From positions 25,172,001 through 25,236,000 of the forward strand of contig JANJGN010000026.1 of assembly GCA_026770705.1 (NCBI GenBank): a DNA stretch of 64,000 nt, written 5' to 3'. Positions 38,982-50,712 of the stretch are shown piece after piece (the first letter of the stretch is position 1; each line of letters starts with the position of its first letter). The translations under genes were made by a program, and so were the position numbers. Source of the DNA: Isurus oxyrinchus. Lineage: Eukaryota. The notes under the pieces are model-generated. The model ran no database searches. It saw only the letters and a program-made list of their open reading frames with translations, and had not been told where the DNA came from.

Positions 38982-41900
38982 GCCTTTGCACTGTTAGTGG
39001 GAGTTCCTGTCTGCTGGGGTTTGTGTTGAATCTCGGGTAGATGAAGCTACAATGCGCAGCGGCGCTGTCAGCCGCTCTGACACAAGCAGCGAGAGGAAAG
39101 CACACTAGCCTCGAATGAAACTGTCACCCAACTGTTCCCAGGAACGGCCGGGAAAATTAAACAAACTGCAGAAAACATCGGCCAGACAGACAATAAAGGG
39201 AATCCTACCTGAAGACACCCTGTCTAATCCTCAGTGGTTGTTCATTATCACCAGTAAATCAACGTTAATGGAAAAGCGATACATTACAGAATGAGGGAGG
39301 TACTTGCAAACAGGGTGCACACTGAGGGCTCTCTATGCTTGGTTTAATCATCACCGGGCTGGACTGCACTAGTTATATAAATATTGTCACTACGGGAGCA
39401 GCTCACAGGCGAGGAATCCTGCGGCAAGTAACACACTCTCATACTCCCTAAAGCCTATCCACTATCTGCAAGGCACAGATCAGGAGTGTGATGGAATACT
39501 CCCCACTTGCCTGAATGAGTTCATCTCCCACAACACTGAAGGAGCTGGACACCGTACAAGACAAAGCAGCCCTGCTTGATTGGCAAAACATCCATAAACA
39601 TTCACTCCCTCCACCACCGACACACTGGAGCAGCAGTGTGTAGCATCTACAAAATGCACTTCAGGTCTTCACCAAGGCACCTGCAACAGCACCTTTCGAA
39701 CCCACGACTTCTACAATCTGGAAGGACAAGGGCAGCAGACTCGCGAAAATAAGATAGAAAAAGGTAAAAAAAAGATATTGATGCATTTATGAAATTCAAC
39801 TTTGGTTTATATTGTGAGTTGAGATAAACTACTACAAATCCAGAATTGATTGTCACCTGCATTCAAATGGAAGTATATGGACAAAGGAGAGAAAACTGTG
39901 TTCAAGGGAAGGCACTCGGGACCTAACAAGTTTGAAAAACCTTCAGCATCCTAAAACTCAGTTTTGCGCTGTTTTATGATATATCAGGCAGGCCTCCCTG
40001 AAACTCAATCTGAAGCCTGAATTCTCCTCCCTCCCGATTGGTGTAACGGAGCCCTCTAATGGGCACCGATTGGAACTCTCGGTGTGAGATTTTCCACAGG
40101 CTCCTGGAAGACATGTTTACCATTTATTTGTTATTCATTCATGGAATATGCACTTTGCGGATTGGGCCAGCATTTATTTCCCAGGCCTAATTGCCCCGTG
40201 AGAAGTTGGTGGTGAGCTAGCTTCTTGAACCGCTGCAGTCCATGTGGTGCAGTTTCAGCCACAGTGCTGTTAGGGAGGTAGTTCCAGGATTTTGACCCAG
40301 CGACAGGGAAGGAACTGAATGCAGTGTATACCACATGTATCACAATTGCAATGAAGCATCTCAGAGTGCAACAGTTACTTAGGTAGCTTAAGTACAATTG
40401 CGCTGCCTGACTGTTCGTAAAGAACATGTTGACATGTCCGTAGTAATCATTGACTATATTGAAGCATCTCATGATCTGTGTGGAAAACTGGAATATGATT
40501 TCACTGTCTGTGACGACCATTTTGAAACACTTTGTAATGTTCTTTCAGGTATTTTATAAATAAAGCATATTTTCCAGAAAATATACGGGATCACGGGAGG
40601 CAGACTCACTAATGGGAATGGCATAATTACTGATTGCTTTAGTGACTGAGCTCATTTATTACGACCACCTTAGTAGGATGCGAAGAAGACAATAATTGAT
40701 ACAATAGATAAAAGCTTAGAAATGCTGGGAAATACTGTCTGGAATGTGCAGGGACAAGAATTGAACTCTGCTCCCAGTGGCAGCGGGCACTTTAATTAAT
40801 ACTGTATCTATTGTTTTAGCTGGGAGGTCTCCTCGAAATCTGACCTGTTCACTGCCCTTTGTCTTGTGCTACATGCGACCGCTGAACTGCCGTTTCGGGG
40901 CAGTGCCCATCTGAGTGATTTTGAAGAATAACTCTTGCCCTCCGAATGGAAGGAGAAATTGCATGGGGTGGAATTCTGATTTCCTCCACCAGGTGGCAGA
41001 CGAAGCCTAGAAATAGCCCTGCTCCCTGCTTGTTGCTGTTCTCACTCACTGACCAGCCTTGGAATTGTCTGCCATGCAATCTGTGCTTCGAAATCCCATT
41101 TCGCTCCTGGAATCCACTCGGAATCAGCGGGTGGCATTCACCCGTCTGCAGGGGAGTGGATGTCGCCGGATCCTAGGAAAAGAGTTCACTTTTACTGATC
41201 ACACATCCATTCTGTCAATGCTTCCACAATCCGTTCTAAGGGAGGTCAATGGCAGAATAATTAATGCTGCGGAGCCCGCACAATCTCCACCACACTTCTA
41301 CCACAACAACAACCCTCAAATCCCCCCTCCCCCACCTTCCGATCTGAAGCAAATGTGGCTCTTTCTCATTTTGTGGCTCTATTTGAATGGAGAAGAATGG
41401 CAGCGTGAAAACATCTGATGTGCTCCTGCTCCATCTCAAAAGGTGGATCTCTCTCCTTCAGGCTCCTGGGTTTCAAGGCAAACGCCACGGGATGAAACTT
41501 CAGTCTCTGCCTCAATGGCCAACCTAATGCCTCCTCAGAGACAAGAGGCTGCCTTCCAACTCGGCTGAGGCAGAACGGACGCCGGGTCCATGAGGATCCG
41601 AGAAGAAGGATCTGACTCACCCATACACAGTTCTGTGCAAGGTCGCAGAAAGCATGAGAGTATTGAGCCCTGAATTGAGACAATTTACCACCAGAGTGCT
41701 TGTCAGTGTCAATTGGATTTCAGCATGGCAGTGTGACCTGAAATTCCGGGATTATGTGAGTCACTTGCATTCAGACCTGGTAGAAAATGGCATCATCGAT
41801 TGCAATTGGGATTATCCAAACTGATTGAAATTCACTGCAGTGCAAACACCATCGGTACAGGGGCTACCACTGGTACAGGCCAGTACAAAACCGTGGACTG

Positions 41901-42893
41901 GAATTCATCATACCTGTAGCCGCAAGAATGGCGGGACCGTCCAGACTCTATCTTAACCGAAGGAGAAGTTATGACATTGTCAGTATTGGGAGCATCGCGG
42001 CATCAGACGTTGGAATGTTTGGTGTGCAGTGAGACATAGTGGGGCCGAGACCGAGCGGGACCATACAATACCGGCTGCGGGTTCCCATCAGCAAGACCCT
42101 ACACAAGTACTATTATGGGTGGTTTCTTTCCACAGGCTTCACCCATCCTAAAAGGAAAATTTAGCCAGATTCCCCTGAATGTGTTGCCTCCCTTGGGAGG
42201 TAGAATAGCATCAAGCCCGCCCAGCCTCCAGGGAAAGGGGTTCATAGACCATGGTGAGTGTGTTAATTGATTCGTGAGGCACAAGTACACAGGCTCCACA
42301 CATTCTGCAAGGAAATGTCTCCTTGGGCTGCCCTGATCGTGTTACCTGTTTACTGAGGTACAGTCCCTCGGCGGCTCACTCATTCCATAAGGGCCGGTTT
42401 GCATTGGATTCGAACATCCAGTGTCAGGCTGGTCGCTTACGAGAGTGACTCTCATAAAAATACTTCCCTCCACCCGGAGCAGAAGAAGCTGCTGGCCTTG
42501 AGACAAACTGACAGGTGCAGACGTGAACCGCGGAAGAAATGAGCAGGGGACCAACAACCGGCCTCCTTATATCCGGTGAACTATATCAAAGCCCAGCCAA
42601 TGAGAGCCGGAAAAAATAAACACGTGACCGAGACATTCAATATCCGTCATTGCCTTTAATCAGACAATATTTTAATCTCTTCACCCGATTCCGTCTCTTC
42701 CGTTGTGAGCGGTGTCCCGTTTTTGTACTGACATTCTCATAGCAAACATACGTTGTGTTGCACAGTTGAAGATATTAACGTCACCCTGGCGATGCGAACA
42801 GGAAGGTACAGAACAGGGACCCAATAACCCAGAGTGAGTTTTTCATTATTTAACTGGATTTTCCAGTGTTTCATACCCTGAATATTTTTCCAG

Positions 42894-43208
42894 GTCGATG
42901 TCTCTCGGACCTTGTGCTTCAACCTCCCGCTTCGGAAACAGTCCAGAGCGGGGATTAGGTGCAGATGGACTGCAGCTGTGAGGTGTCCGACCTTTATGCG
43001 ATGCTTTGGTACAGGCAGAAATCCGGTCAGGATAAATCGAGCATCGACTGGCAAGGAGAAAACGAGCGGTTTGAACTGAATCTTTCCCAGTCGGAGAAAC
43101 GCGGCCAATTGCTCATTGTAGACACGGGGAACGCCGATGCCGCGGTTTATTACTGTGCGGCTGAGCCCCCACACTGAGACAAAAAGTGGCAGTCACTGTA
43201 CAACAGCC
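42894..43208 (+). pseudogene. TCR alpha/delta V pseudogene
   Basis: DLVLQPPASETVQSGD*VQMDC...LWYRQKSGQ...DAAVYYCAAEP, with TAG at 42956. RSS CACACTG-23-ACAACAGCC at 43170-43208. Leader not resolved. Confidence 0.85.
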
Positions 43209-43984
43209 TCGCTCCTGGTCACAGTTCCGGAACAGCGGCAGCAATCTCTCTGATAGCACAAGGCAGGCCAGGCGGCTCGGAGCGTGAACAGCTAAAGGGA
43301 GAGAAAGGCAGGACTGCCGCGGGTTGTCCTGTAAATCCTTTTAGAGATAGTCAGAAATACTGACGGTCACAGCAGAGAGTGTCGGACTGAGGAGGCAGTT
43401 AGTCAGTGAGGTCTTTGCTACGTGGGGGAGCTTCATTGTCTGATTGTTTCCCAGGGAACCGAGAGAGACCCTGAGTGTTTATTTTATGCCGTTGTGTGAT
43501 GATTCTTAAAGAACATTAATATAATTATACAGTAAAATCCGCCATTAAACTGAAGTGTCCGCAATGTGGGCATATTTACTCTTTTCCCAAGTTGTGACCA
43601 AATAGTTATCTAAAAGAATGCGCCTGCGATTGTCTTGCGGGTGATATTTCACCCTCCTCCCTTGTGTCTTGTAGCAAAATGTTAACCAAATTCGAAACAC
43701 AAACAGAAAATGCTGGAAATGCAACCCGAAACAAAGTGAAGGTTCCAGTCTGTGACCTTTCACCAGAAACCTGCAACTGCTCAAACTGAGCTGAGGTGGA
43801 ACATGAAACCTTATAACTGATTCGCTCTGCACCGCTGCTTCCTGACCTGCCGAGTACGCCCATAATTATCTGATGTTACACCGCAAAAGTATTTGGATGG
43901 TGCATAAAACTGATGGATAGACTCGCTGCTGATGACAGAGCCCTACCAAGTGAGAGTGAGCAACCATTCTTAATTTTAACTAGC

Positions 43985-44481
43985 TGTGGACCTGGACTAA
44001 GGGGAACAGCTGCTCCCTATCCACCCTGTCCATGCCCGTCATAATCTTGTACAACTCAATCAAGTCGCCCCTCAGTCTTCTCTGCTCCAACGAAAACGAC
44101 CCAAGTCTATCCGACCTCTCCTCATAACTTAAATGTTTCATCCCAGGCAACATCCTGGTGAATCTCCTCTGCACCCCCTTCAGTGCGTTCAGATCTTTCC
44201 GATAATGAGGCGACCAGAACTGCACACAGTACTCCAGCTGTGGCCTCACCAAGGTTCTAATACAGCTCCAACATGACCTCCCTACTTTTGTAATCTATGC
44301 CTCGTTTTAAAAAGGCAAGTGACCCATATGCATTTTTCACCACACCACTAACATGCCCTTCTACCTTCAGACATCGATGGACACGCGCGCCAATGCCCCT
44401 TTGTTCCTCAGAATTTCCTAGTGTCATGCCGTTCATTGAATACTTCCTTGTCAAATTACTCCTTCCAAAGTGTATCACCTC
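43985..44481 (-). mobile_element. CR1-type LINE fragment
   Basis: VRPQLEYCVQFWSPHYRKDLNALKGVQRRFTRMLPGMKHLSYEERSDRLGSFSLEQRRLRGDLIELYKIM, the canonical CR1 ORF2 C-terminus. Confidence 0.9.
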
Positions 44482-45951
44482 ATGGTAAAACAGAATTGAC
44501 GGAGGTTGGCGAGTAACCACAGTGCGGTGATATCCAGGGCAATTCACAACCCCTTCATTCTGAAAAATGTTTAGAACCCGAATCTTCGCCATTCCTTCCT
44601 GAAAGACAAAGGTAGAATATTTCAAAAGTCAGGGGCTAACCCTGGAAGACACGCTGACTCTCCAAACCTGGATCACAGTCGCCAGCAATATCAATTCTCT
44701 TAATGATGTGGATTTACAAGTCTAATTATGACCACGGAATCATTGCCGATTGCCGTTAATATACCCATCTGGTTCACTAATGTGCTTTAGGGTGGGAAAT
44801 CTGCCGCCCTTACCTGGTCTGGCCTACAACTGACTCCAGGCCCACGTTAATGCGGTTGAATCTTAAATGTCCTTGAACAAGGGCAGTTAGGGCAGGGCAA
44901 TAAATTCTGGCTTACCAGCGACGCCCACATCCCATGAACGAATAAAACAAATGTTTAAAGCATCCATGTTTTCCAGCCTCTCGGTGCGAAGAGCTTTCCC
45001 TGTGCACTGGCCAATGAACAGGAGGCGTTAGAATCGATCAAAGATAATCAGCACAGCTCAGAGACAAGTTAAACACAGCAGGGGTTCCATTCCAATCCCA
45101 CACGATGCAATAATCGAAATACAGAGAACCACAAATGTTGCAATTCTGAAATAAAAGAGCAGGATGTTCTGGAAAAGTAAAAGTTTGCCGGGTAGGATGG
45201 CTCTCAGTGGAGAGAGAATCGGAGCTAACGTTTCAGATCGGTGAAATTTTATCACAACTGGAAATGCTGGAAGAGAAATAAATTTTGGTCAATGGTTTGG
45301 TGGGACAAGGGGTGTTTCATTGCACAGGGTCCGGTTAATCGTTACAGACGGTGTGCTGTTAATGGCGCAAGGGCACTCCGGTATTGGCGGAGGGTAGTTC
45401 CCAGGATATTTAAAGCAATCCTTGTGATTTCCTTTTGCAAAACAGCAGATACCTTGTCAAGGGTCACAGGGATCAGACACAGTCTCCGGCATGCTGGATA
45501 AGAGCGGGGCGCGGCGATTCTCCTGGTGTCCTGGGCTCACATTACAACTTTAACAAACACCACCCAATAAAAACACACGCACCGACCTCCCAGTTCATAA
45601 CGGTGGGGAAAGGAAGGCGGCAGCACAATTGGCGGAAAGATAAGCTCCCCTCCCCCACCCCTCTACAGCAGAGTTTTGTGGGAGGGGCTTTCACATCCGG
45701 ATCACAATCCAAATGGAGAGTCAGAAAATTGCAGCCTCCTTTTATAAACTTGTCACTTATTCACACAACACTTAGCCAGCGATCCGGGGACCCTGCGGTA
45801 AATCAATGATCTCAGTGAAACTGCCCTGTGCAAATCAACTCGATCCCCTAAAGTATTTCAGTCCGCTCTGTGGTCCGATCTCCCAGTGCAGTCCAGGGCT
45901 GCAGTCTCCAGCTCACCGTCAGATAAAACCCCAGCTCCAGGCAGCAGAACG

Positions 45952-46487
45952 ATAGGAATCCTTTTTGTTTTCACCCTGTGCGTCTGCTTACCCAGTGAGC
46001 ACCGACCAAACAAACCGCCATTATTTGGTTTTAATATAAGGCTTCCCGAGTCCATTCCATTTACAGGCACTGTCTGGGGTTTTAACCCCGTTCTGTGGTT
46101 CGGCTCTGATGGCTCATCAAACTCTCTCTGTTTAATTTCCAGGCTCTTTCAGTCAGTCAGTGACGCAGGCCCCGGAAGCGGTGACCAGGAAGGAGTGTAA
46201 TTCTCTCACCATCACCTGCATTTTCCATGGTAATTCTCATTGTTTATAGGATGGACATTTTTTCAGGCAAACACAGACCGGGACTGAGCGGGAGCGGATC
46301 TCCAGTGGGGGAAGATTTGTTGTGTCGATGAATAAAGCAGAAAATATTCTTTCGCTGGAAATTCGGGATTTGAGAGTTGAAGACACGGCCACCTATTACT
46401 GTAAAACTCTGTATAAATATGGATGTGGGTCTGTTTGGGAAGATGGTTATGCAGACGGATCCGGGACAGAGGTGAACGTCACAGCTG
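45952..46487 (+). pseudogene. Genomically pre-joined NAR-TCR (IgNAR-like) VDJ gene, inactivated
   Basis: Leader (ATA)GILFVFTLCVCLP 45952-45994, intron, then a single 345-nt exon 46143-46487: SVTQAPEAVTRKECNSLTITCIFHGNSHCL*DGHFFRQTQTGTERERISSGGRFVVSMNKAENILSLEIRDLRVEDTATYYCKTLYKYGCGSVWEDGYADGSGTEVNVTA, then GTAAGT. NAR-type CDR2 deletion; no RSS between V and J. Confidence 0.9.
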
Positions 46488-46544
46488 GTAAGTGACTCCA
46501 AACCGTGACGTGTTGTAAAGTATCCAGGCAAATAATCGTTATGG

Positions 46545-47380
46545 GGAGGGGTGGCCTCGTAGTAATGTCATTAGCCTAGTAACCCAGAAACCCTGTCAAT
46601 CCTTTGTGTGTTAACCCTGGTTCAAATACCACCACAGCAGCTGGTGGAAGTCAAGCACCAGGAATTAAAAGCTGCACTTAGTATGGTGATCATGAACTAT
46701 TACCGATTGTTGCAAGCTGCCCAGCACCCTGCTTTACTGAATGGAAGGAAATCTGCTGTTCTTACCTGGTCTAACCTACATAAGACTTCAGACATGAAGA
46801 ATTGTAGTTTAATCTTAAATGCTTTGTGAAATAATGGCCGAGCAAACCACTTATTTGAATCAAATGGCTACTAAGTCTAAAAGAAAAGAATGAACCATGG
46901 ACCACTCCACCTGCATACCATCTGCAATCGACCTAGGCTTTGGAAATGACAATGGTAAACCTAGCCCTGTCCATCCTGCAGCATCCTCCTTACTAACGTC
47001 CGGAGGTATGTGCTAAAACTGGGAGAGCTTTCCCACATGTTTGTCAAGCAACAACCTGGCAGAGTAAAACTCATGAAATCATCACTTACAGGCAATGTCC
47101 TATCCAGCACCATCACTATCCCTAGTTATGTCCTAGGCCACCAGCACGAAAGACCCAGAAGTGGCAGCACAGTGATATACAGTCAGCAGGGAGTTGCCCT
47201 GGAATCGTCAACATTAACTCCAGTTGGCTCGACATCTCATGGCATCAGCCCAATCATAGGAGGGAAACCTCCTGCTGGTTACCAACTATGCACGATCCAC
47301 CACCTCAGTGATGAATCAATACACCTCGGTATTAAAAACGAACTGGGAGAAGTATTGTGTATGAGAAGGACTGCACTGGA
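46545..47380 (+). mobile_element. tRNA-headed SINE/LINE 5' fragment
   Basis: A-box/B-box-like head (GTGGCCTCGTAGTAA...GGTTCAAATACC) followed by sequence homologous to the reverse complement of 10900-11700. Confidence 0.6.
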
Positions 47381-50179
47381 CTCCAGTCTGGATGCTGTGT
47401 AAAGTTTTAGATTCATAATTGAGAAAAGATCCACATGCGTTGAAGGAAGTGAACAAAGTTTCATCGGGCAGCTTCCTGAGTTAAATGGTTTATCCTATGA
47501 GAAGAGATGAAGTAGTGACAGCCTGCATTCCCTCGTGTTACGACGTGGCAGATGATGTGCGCCATGGATACAACAATTTTTGCACTCTCACCACTTTAAA
47601 ATCTCTCACACTAACTCCTGGATTCAATGTTCTTCTGGTAGCCTTAAGATTGTCCAACTCCGAACTAATCAAGCAACTTCCAGCATCCCGCAAAGAACCC
47701 CCAGTCATGTTATCAAGTGGCAGGTGATGTGTGCCAGGTGGACCAAATCCACAAAGGAAATTTTGTCTCTCTGTCACAATGGTTTTGCAATCAAATTTAT
47801 TACGGGAAGATGTATGCACTGATTCTGAAATAATGAGACCAGCAAGACCTTTAGAGACTTTTAAGAAATTAAATTAGAATATTTAGGGACAAAATAAAAT
47901 ATTTCAAACACATACATAAGACGAAAAGTTATTTACTACTATAGCAACTCCTAAAATTCTGAATTTACTTGACTCCCAGTTATACACCCCTTTACGTCAA
48001 AAGTCCAAATAGATTTTTATTTCAAACGGAACCAGCAAGTTAACATAGCATGTACTTAACAGTGGAATTCCAAAAGGCTTCCCCGACTTCACTACCTTTA
48101 CAAAGCAGACATATACAAAAAATGGCTGAAGACTTCAAGAAGGTTGTTTAACAGACTCCTGTTAGATCTTACATGGCCCTCTCCTCACATAGCCTTTCAT
48201 TCTCCTATATACTGCTCTCTCTTCAACATGCAAGTTCTATTGTTCCACATGTCTTTGAAACTGTATCTTCCTCATAACATAAAAACTTTCATGTTGCCAA
48301 TATTGTCAGCACCCTTCGGAAAAAATTTAAACTGACTTCTTAGCCTTGTTTATGTGGCTAATTCTAAATAGTCTAATATCCATTTGAAACACAACTTTCC
48401 TTCACACCTTAAATGCTAAGCCAGCATCCACATTTACATCTTAGAATTTTAAGCATGCTTCCACACATAGCGTCCTTTGATAATTTTAAACTTGCCATGC
48501 ACTTGACTCCAAATGCAATAAAATCACGCAGACAGAACCAACTATACTTACACCCATTAACACACTGCACAATAAACCAGAAAAATATTTTAAAACTCAT
48601 TGTACTTTCATAACAGTAGATTAGAGGAATATGAGCTGATCTCATTAGAACATATATTCTCAACGGCTGACAGGGCAGATACTGGTGGGTGTTTCCCCAA
48701 GCTGTTGTTGTGAACCTGTTGCATTCTATAGCTCAGAGAGGTGTGGATACTCAGTGGATGAATGTATTCAAGGCAGTGTTCCATAGAGTTTTGGTTATTA
48801 AAAGAATCTAGGAAAATGGGAATGTGATGCTTACATCGAAGATCATCCACGATATTATTGAACGTCCGAGCAGGTTTGAAAGTTGATATGGCCGCTCCTG
48901 TTTCTATTTGCAAGATTCTTTGCATTGATTTCTTAAATTTCTGAGTAAATAAATCAGCAAAGATGCACATCTCTCTGGAATGATTGAACAGCCTGGATCA
49001 CTGTTCTATGGAAAACAGAGAACCAGGAAGTGAATTCAGAGAAATCTTTAATATTATGAACGGGTTTAATGGAGTGCATGGGGTGCAGTTGTATATTTGT
49101 GGATGAGTCCAGATTAGTAGGACACATTAATATCAGGTCGTCACTAACAGAACAAAGACATTAAGAAGAAAAATGTACGCTAAAACCGTCAGAATGTGGA
49201 ACTTGATGCCACACTGAATGGTTGGAGCAGACATTATTGATGGATTTATGGGAAGGCTGAAAGTACAGGAAGGAGAACGGAATATGGATAGAAATGGTCA
49301 ATTTGGTTTCGGGTTGGGGAGACTGCTATGGAGTATACCCTCAGCATAAATCACTGTGCCGAATGGCCGATCGCTCTCCTGCAGAATGAGAACAATGAAA
49401 AACTTAGAGAAAGCTCCGCCTAGAGAATGCGGAGAGAATCAGTCAATGTGCGGAAAGAATTGAAATAGTCAGAGAGCCGGAAGAGGCAAGTTCCAGTGAG
49501 TAACAGTAAAACCACTGCGGAAACTGAACAGACTGAACCCAACCGACAACTGAGAGAGATTGGGACAAGTTCCCACGATTGCAAGAGATACAAACAGTGC
49601 AAAGTACATGTAGAAATAAAATGAAACTAACTATAAATATTTCAAATTAAAGAGAAATGTGGAAAGATAGAATGATCGAAGAAGATAAACTATTAGACCC
49701 AAAGGCAGATGGAAACTCCTGAGAAGTGTTAAACTGAAGCTAATGGTTGACATTTCACCATCGATATTCACAATCTGTTTGACCCGATTGCTGCTGACGA
49801 ATTGCAATCGCATTCTGTTGCATCTTGCTGTGCGCAGTGATGCGTTGCATCCGGGTTACTGTCGGACAAGTAGCTTTTGGAAACTGATTGTTTCACTGTT
49901 AATCAGAAGTTCCCTCGGATTTGTCTCTCACTGGGGAACATAAAAACATATCTAATATACACAAATAAACCATGCAGCGCGGAAGGATGACATCCGGCCC
50001 ATCGTGTAAGTGCTGTCCCTTTAAAAATGTAATCCTATTGTTCCCACCATTCATGCACATTCCCCATAGTCCTACATTTTTTCAGTTTCAGAACAGATCC
50101 ATCACCCGTTTGAAAGTTACTATTAAATCTGTTCCCAAAACCAATTCAGACAGTGAAGCCCTGATCGGAGGAATTCGCG

Positions 50180-50431
50180 ATGCAAGAGAAAGTATCACCT
50201 CAATTCCCAGTTGATCACATTTCAGTAACAATGAGCAGCGTTAGAACAGTCTTCAAATCAAGATAAAAAAAAACACAAAGCTGTTCGCGCTATTGACAAA
50301 TCTCCCATGTCAGCAGTAGCGAAACAAACACATAATGTTCATCGTTCGCCCTCCAGATTCCATGCTCATGATAACCCAGAATCCACCTTTACAAACCTCT
50401 GCTGCCGGTGACACCGTTACTTTACGCTTTG
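50180..50431 (+). pseudogene. Highly decayed V relic, candidate supporting V-delta of the plus-strand NAR-TCR cassette
   Basis: Remnant motifs E-S-I-T, S-R-F, G-D-T-V and A-L immediately before a canonical 23-RSS; lies downstream of the NAR J splice donor; no leader seen. Identity is inferred mostly from position. Confidence 0.4.
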
Positions 50432-50712
50432 CACAGTGATACAGAAACCGGAGGACGCTGCACAAAAACTTAACATGGCTGATTCCAGACAGTGACAGAG
50501 CGCGCGGAGAGAGCTGCAAAAATAACTGAACTTGGTGGGATTACAGACACACAGTGATACAGAGCACGGAGAGAGCTGTCCAAAAACGTGAACATCGTAG
50601 GATTACCGACACACAGTGATACAGAGTACGGGGAGAGCTGTACAAAAGCCTGAACATGGTGGGATAACAGACACACGGTGATACAGAGCACGGACAGAGC
50701 TGTACAGAAACC
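50432..50712 (+). repeat. Tandem array of five 23-RSS units (period 56-62 bp)
   Basis: Heptamers at 50432 CACAGTG, 50488 GACAGTG, 50550 CACAGTG, 50612 CACAGTG and 50674 CACGGTG. Each is followed by exactly 23 bp and a nonamer: ACAAAAACT, AAAAATAAC, CCAAAAACG, ACAAAAGCC, ACAGAAACC. Confidence 0.9.

Noticed and set aside
41640-42500. Possible retroelement coding relic
   Set aside because: Composition is suggestive, but no diagnostic motif could be read.
45952-46487. Processed (retrotransposed) NAR pseudogene
   Set aside because: The leader intron, upstream promoter and post-J intron flank are all present; there is no poly-A and no spliced downstream exon.
50432-50712. CRISPR-like repeat/spacer array
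   Set aside because: Vertebrate DNA with no cas genes; the linkers are homologous to each other rather than unique, and the repeat is explained as heptamer-23-nonamer RSS.
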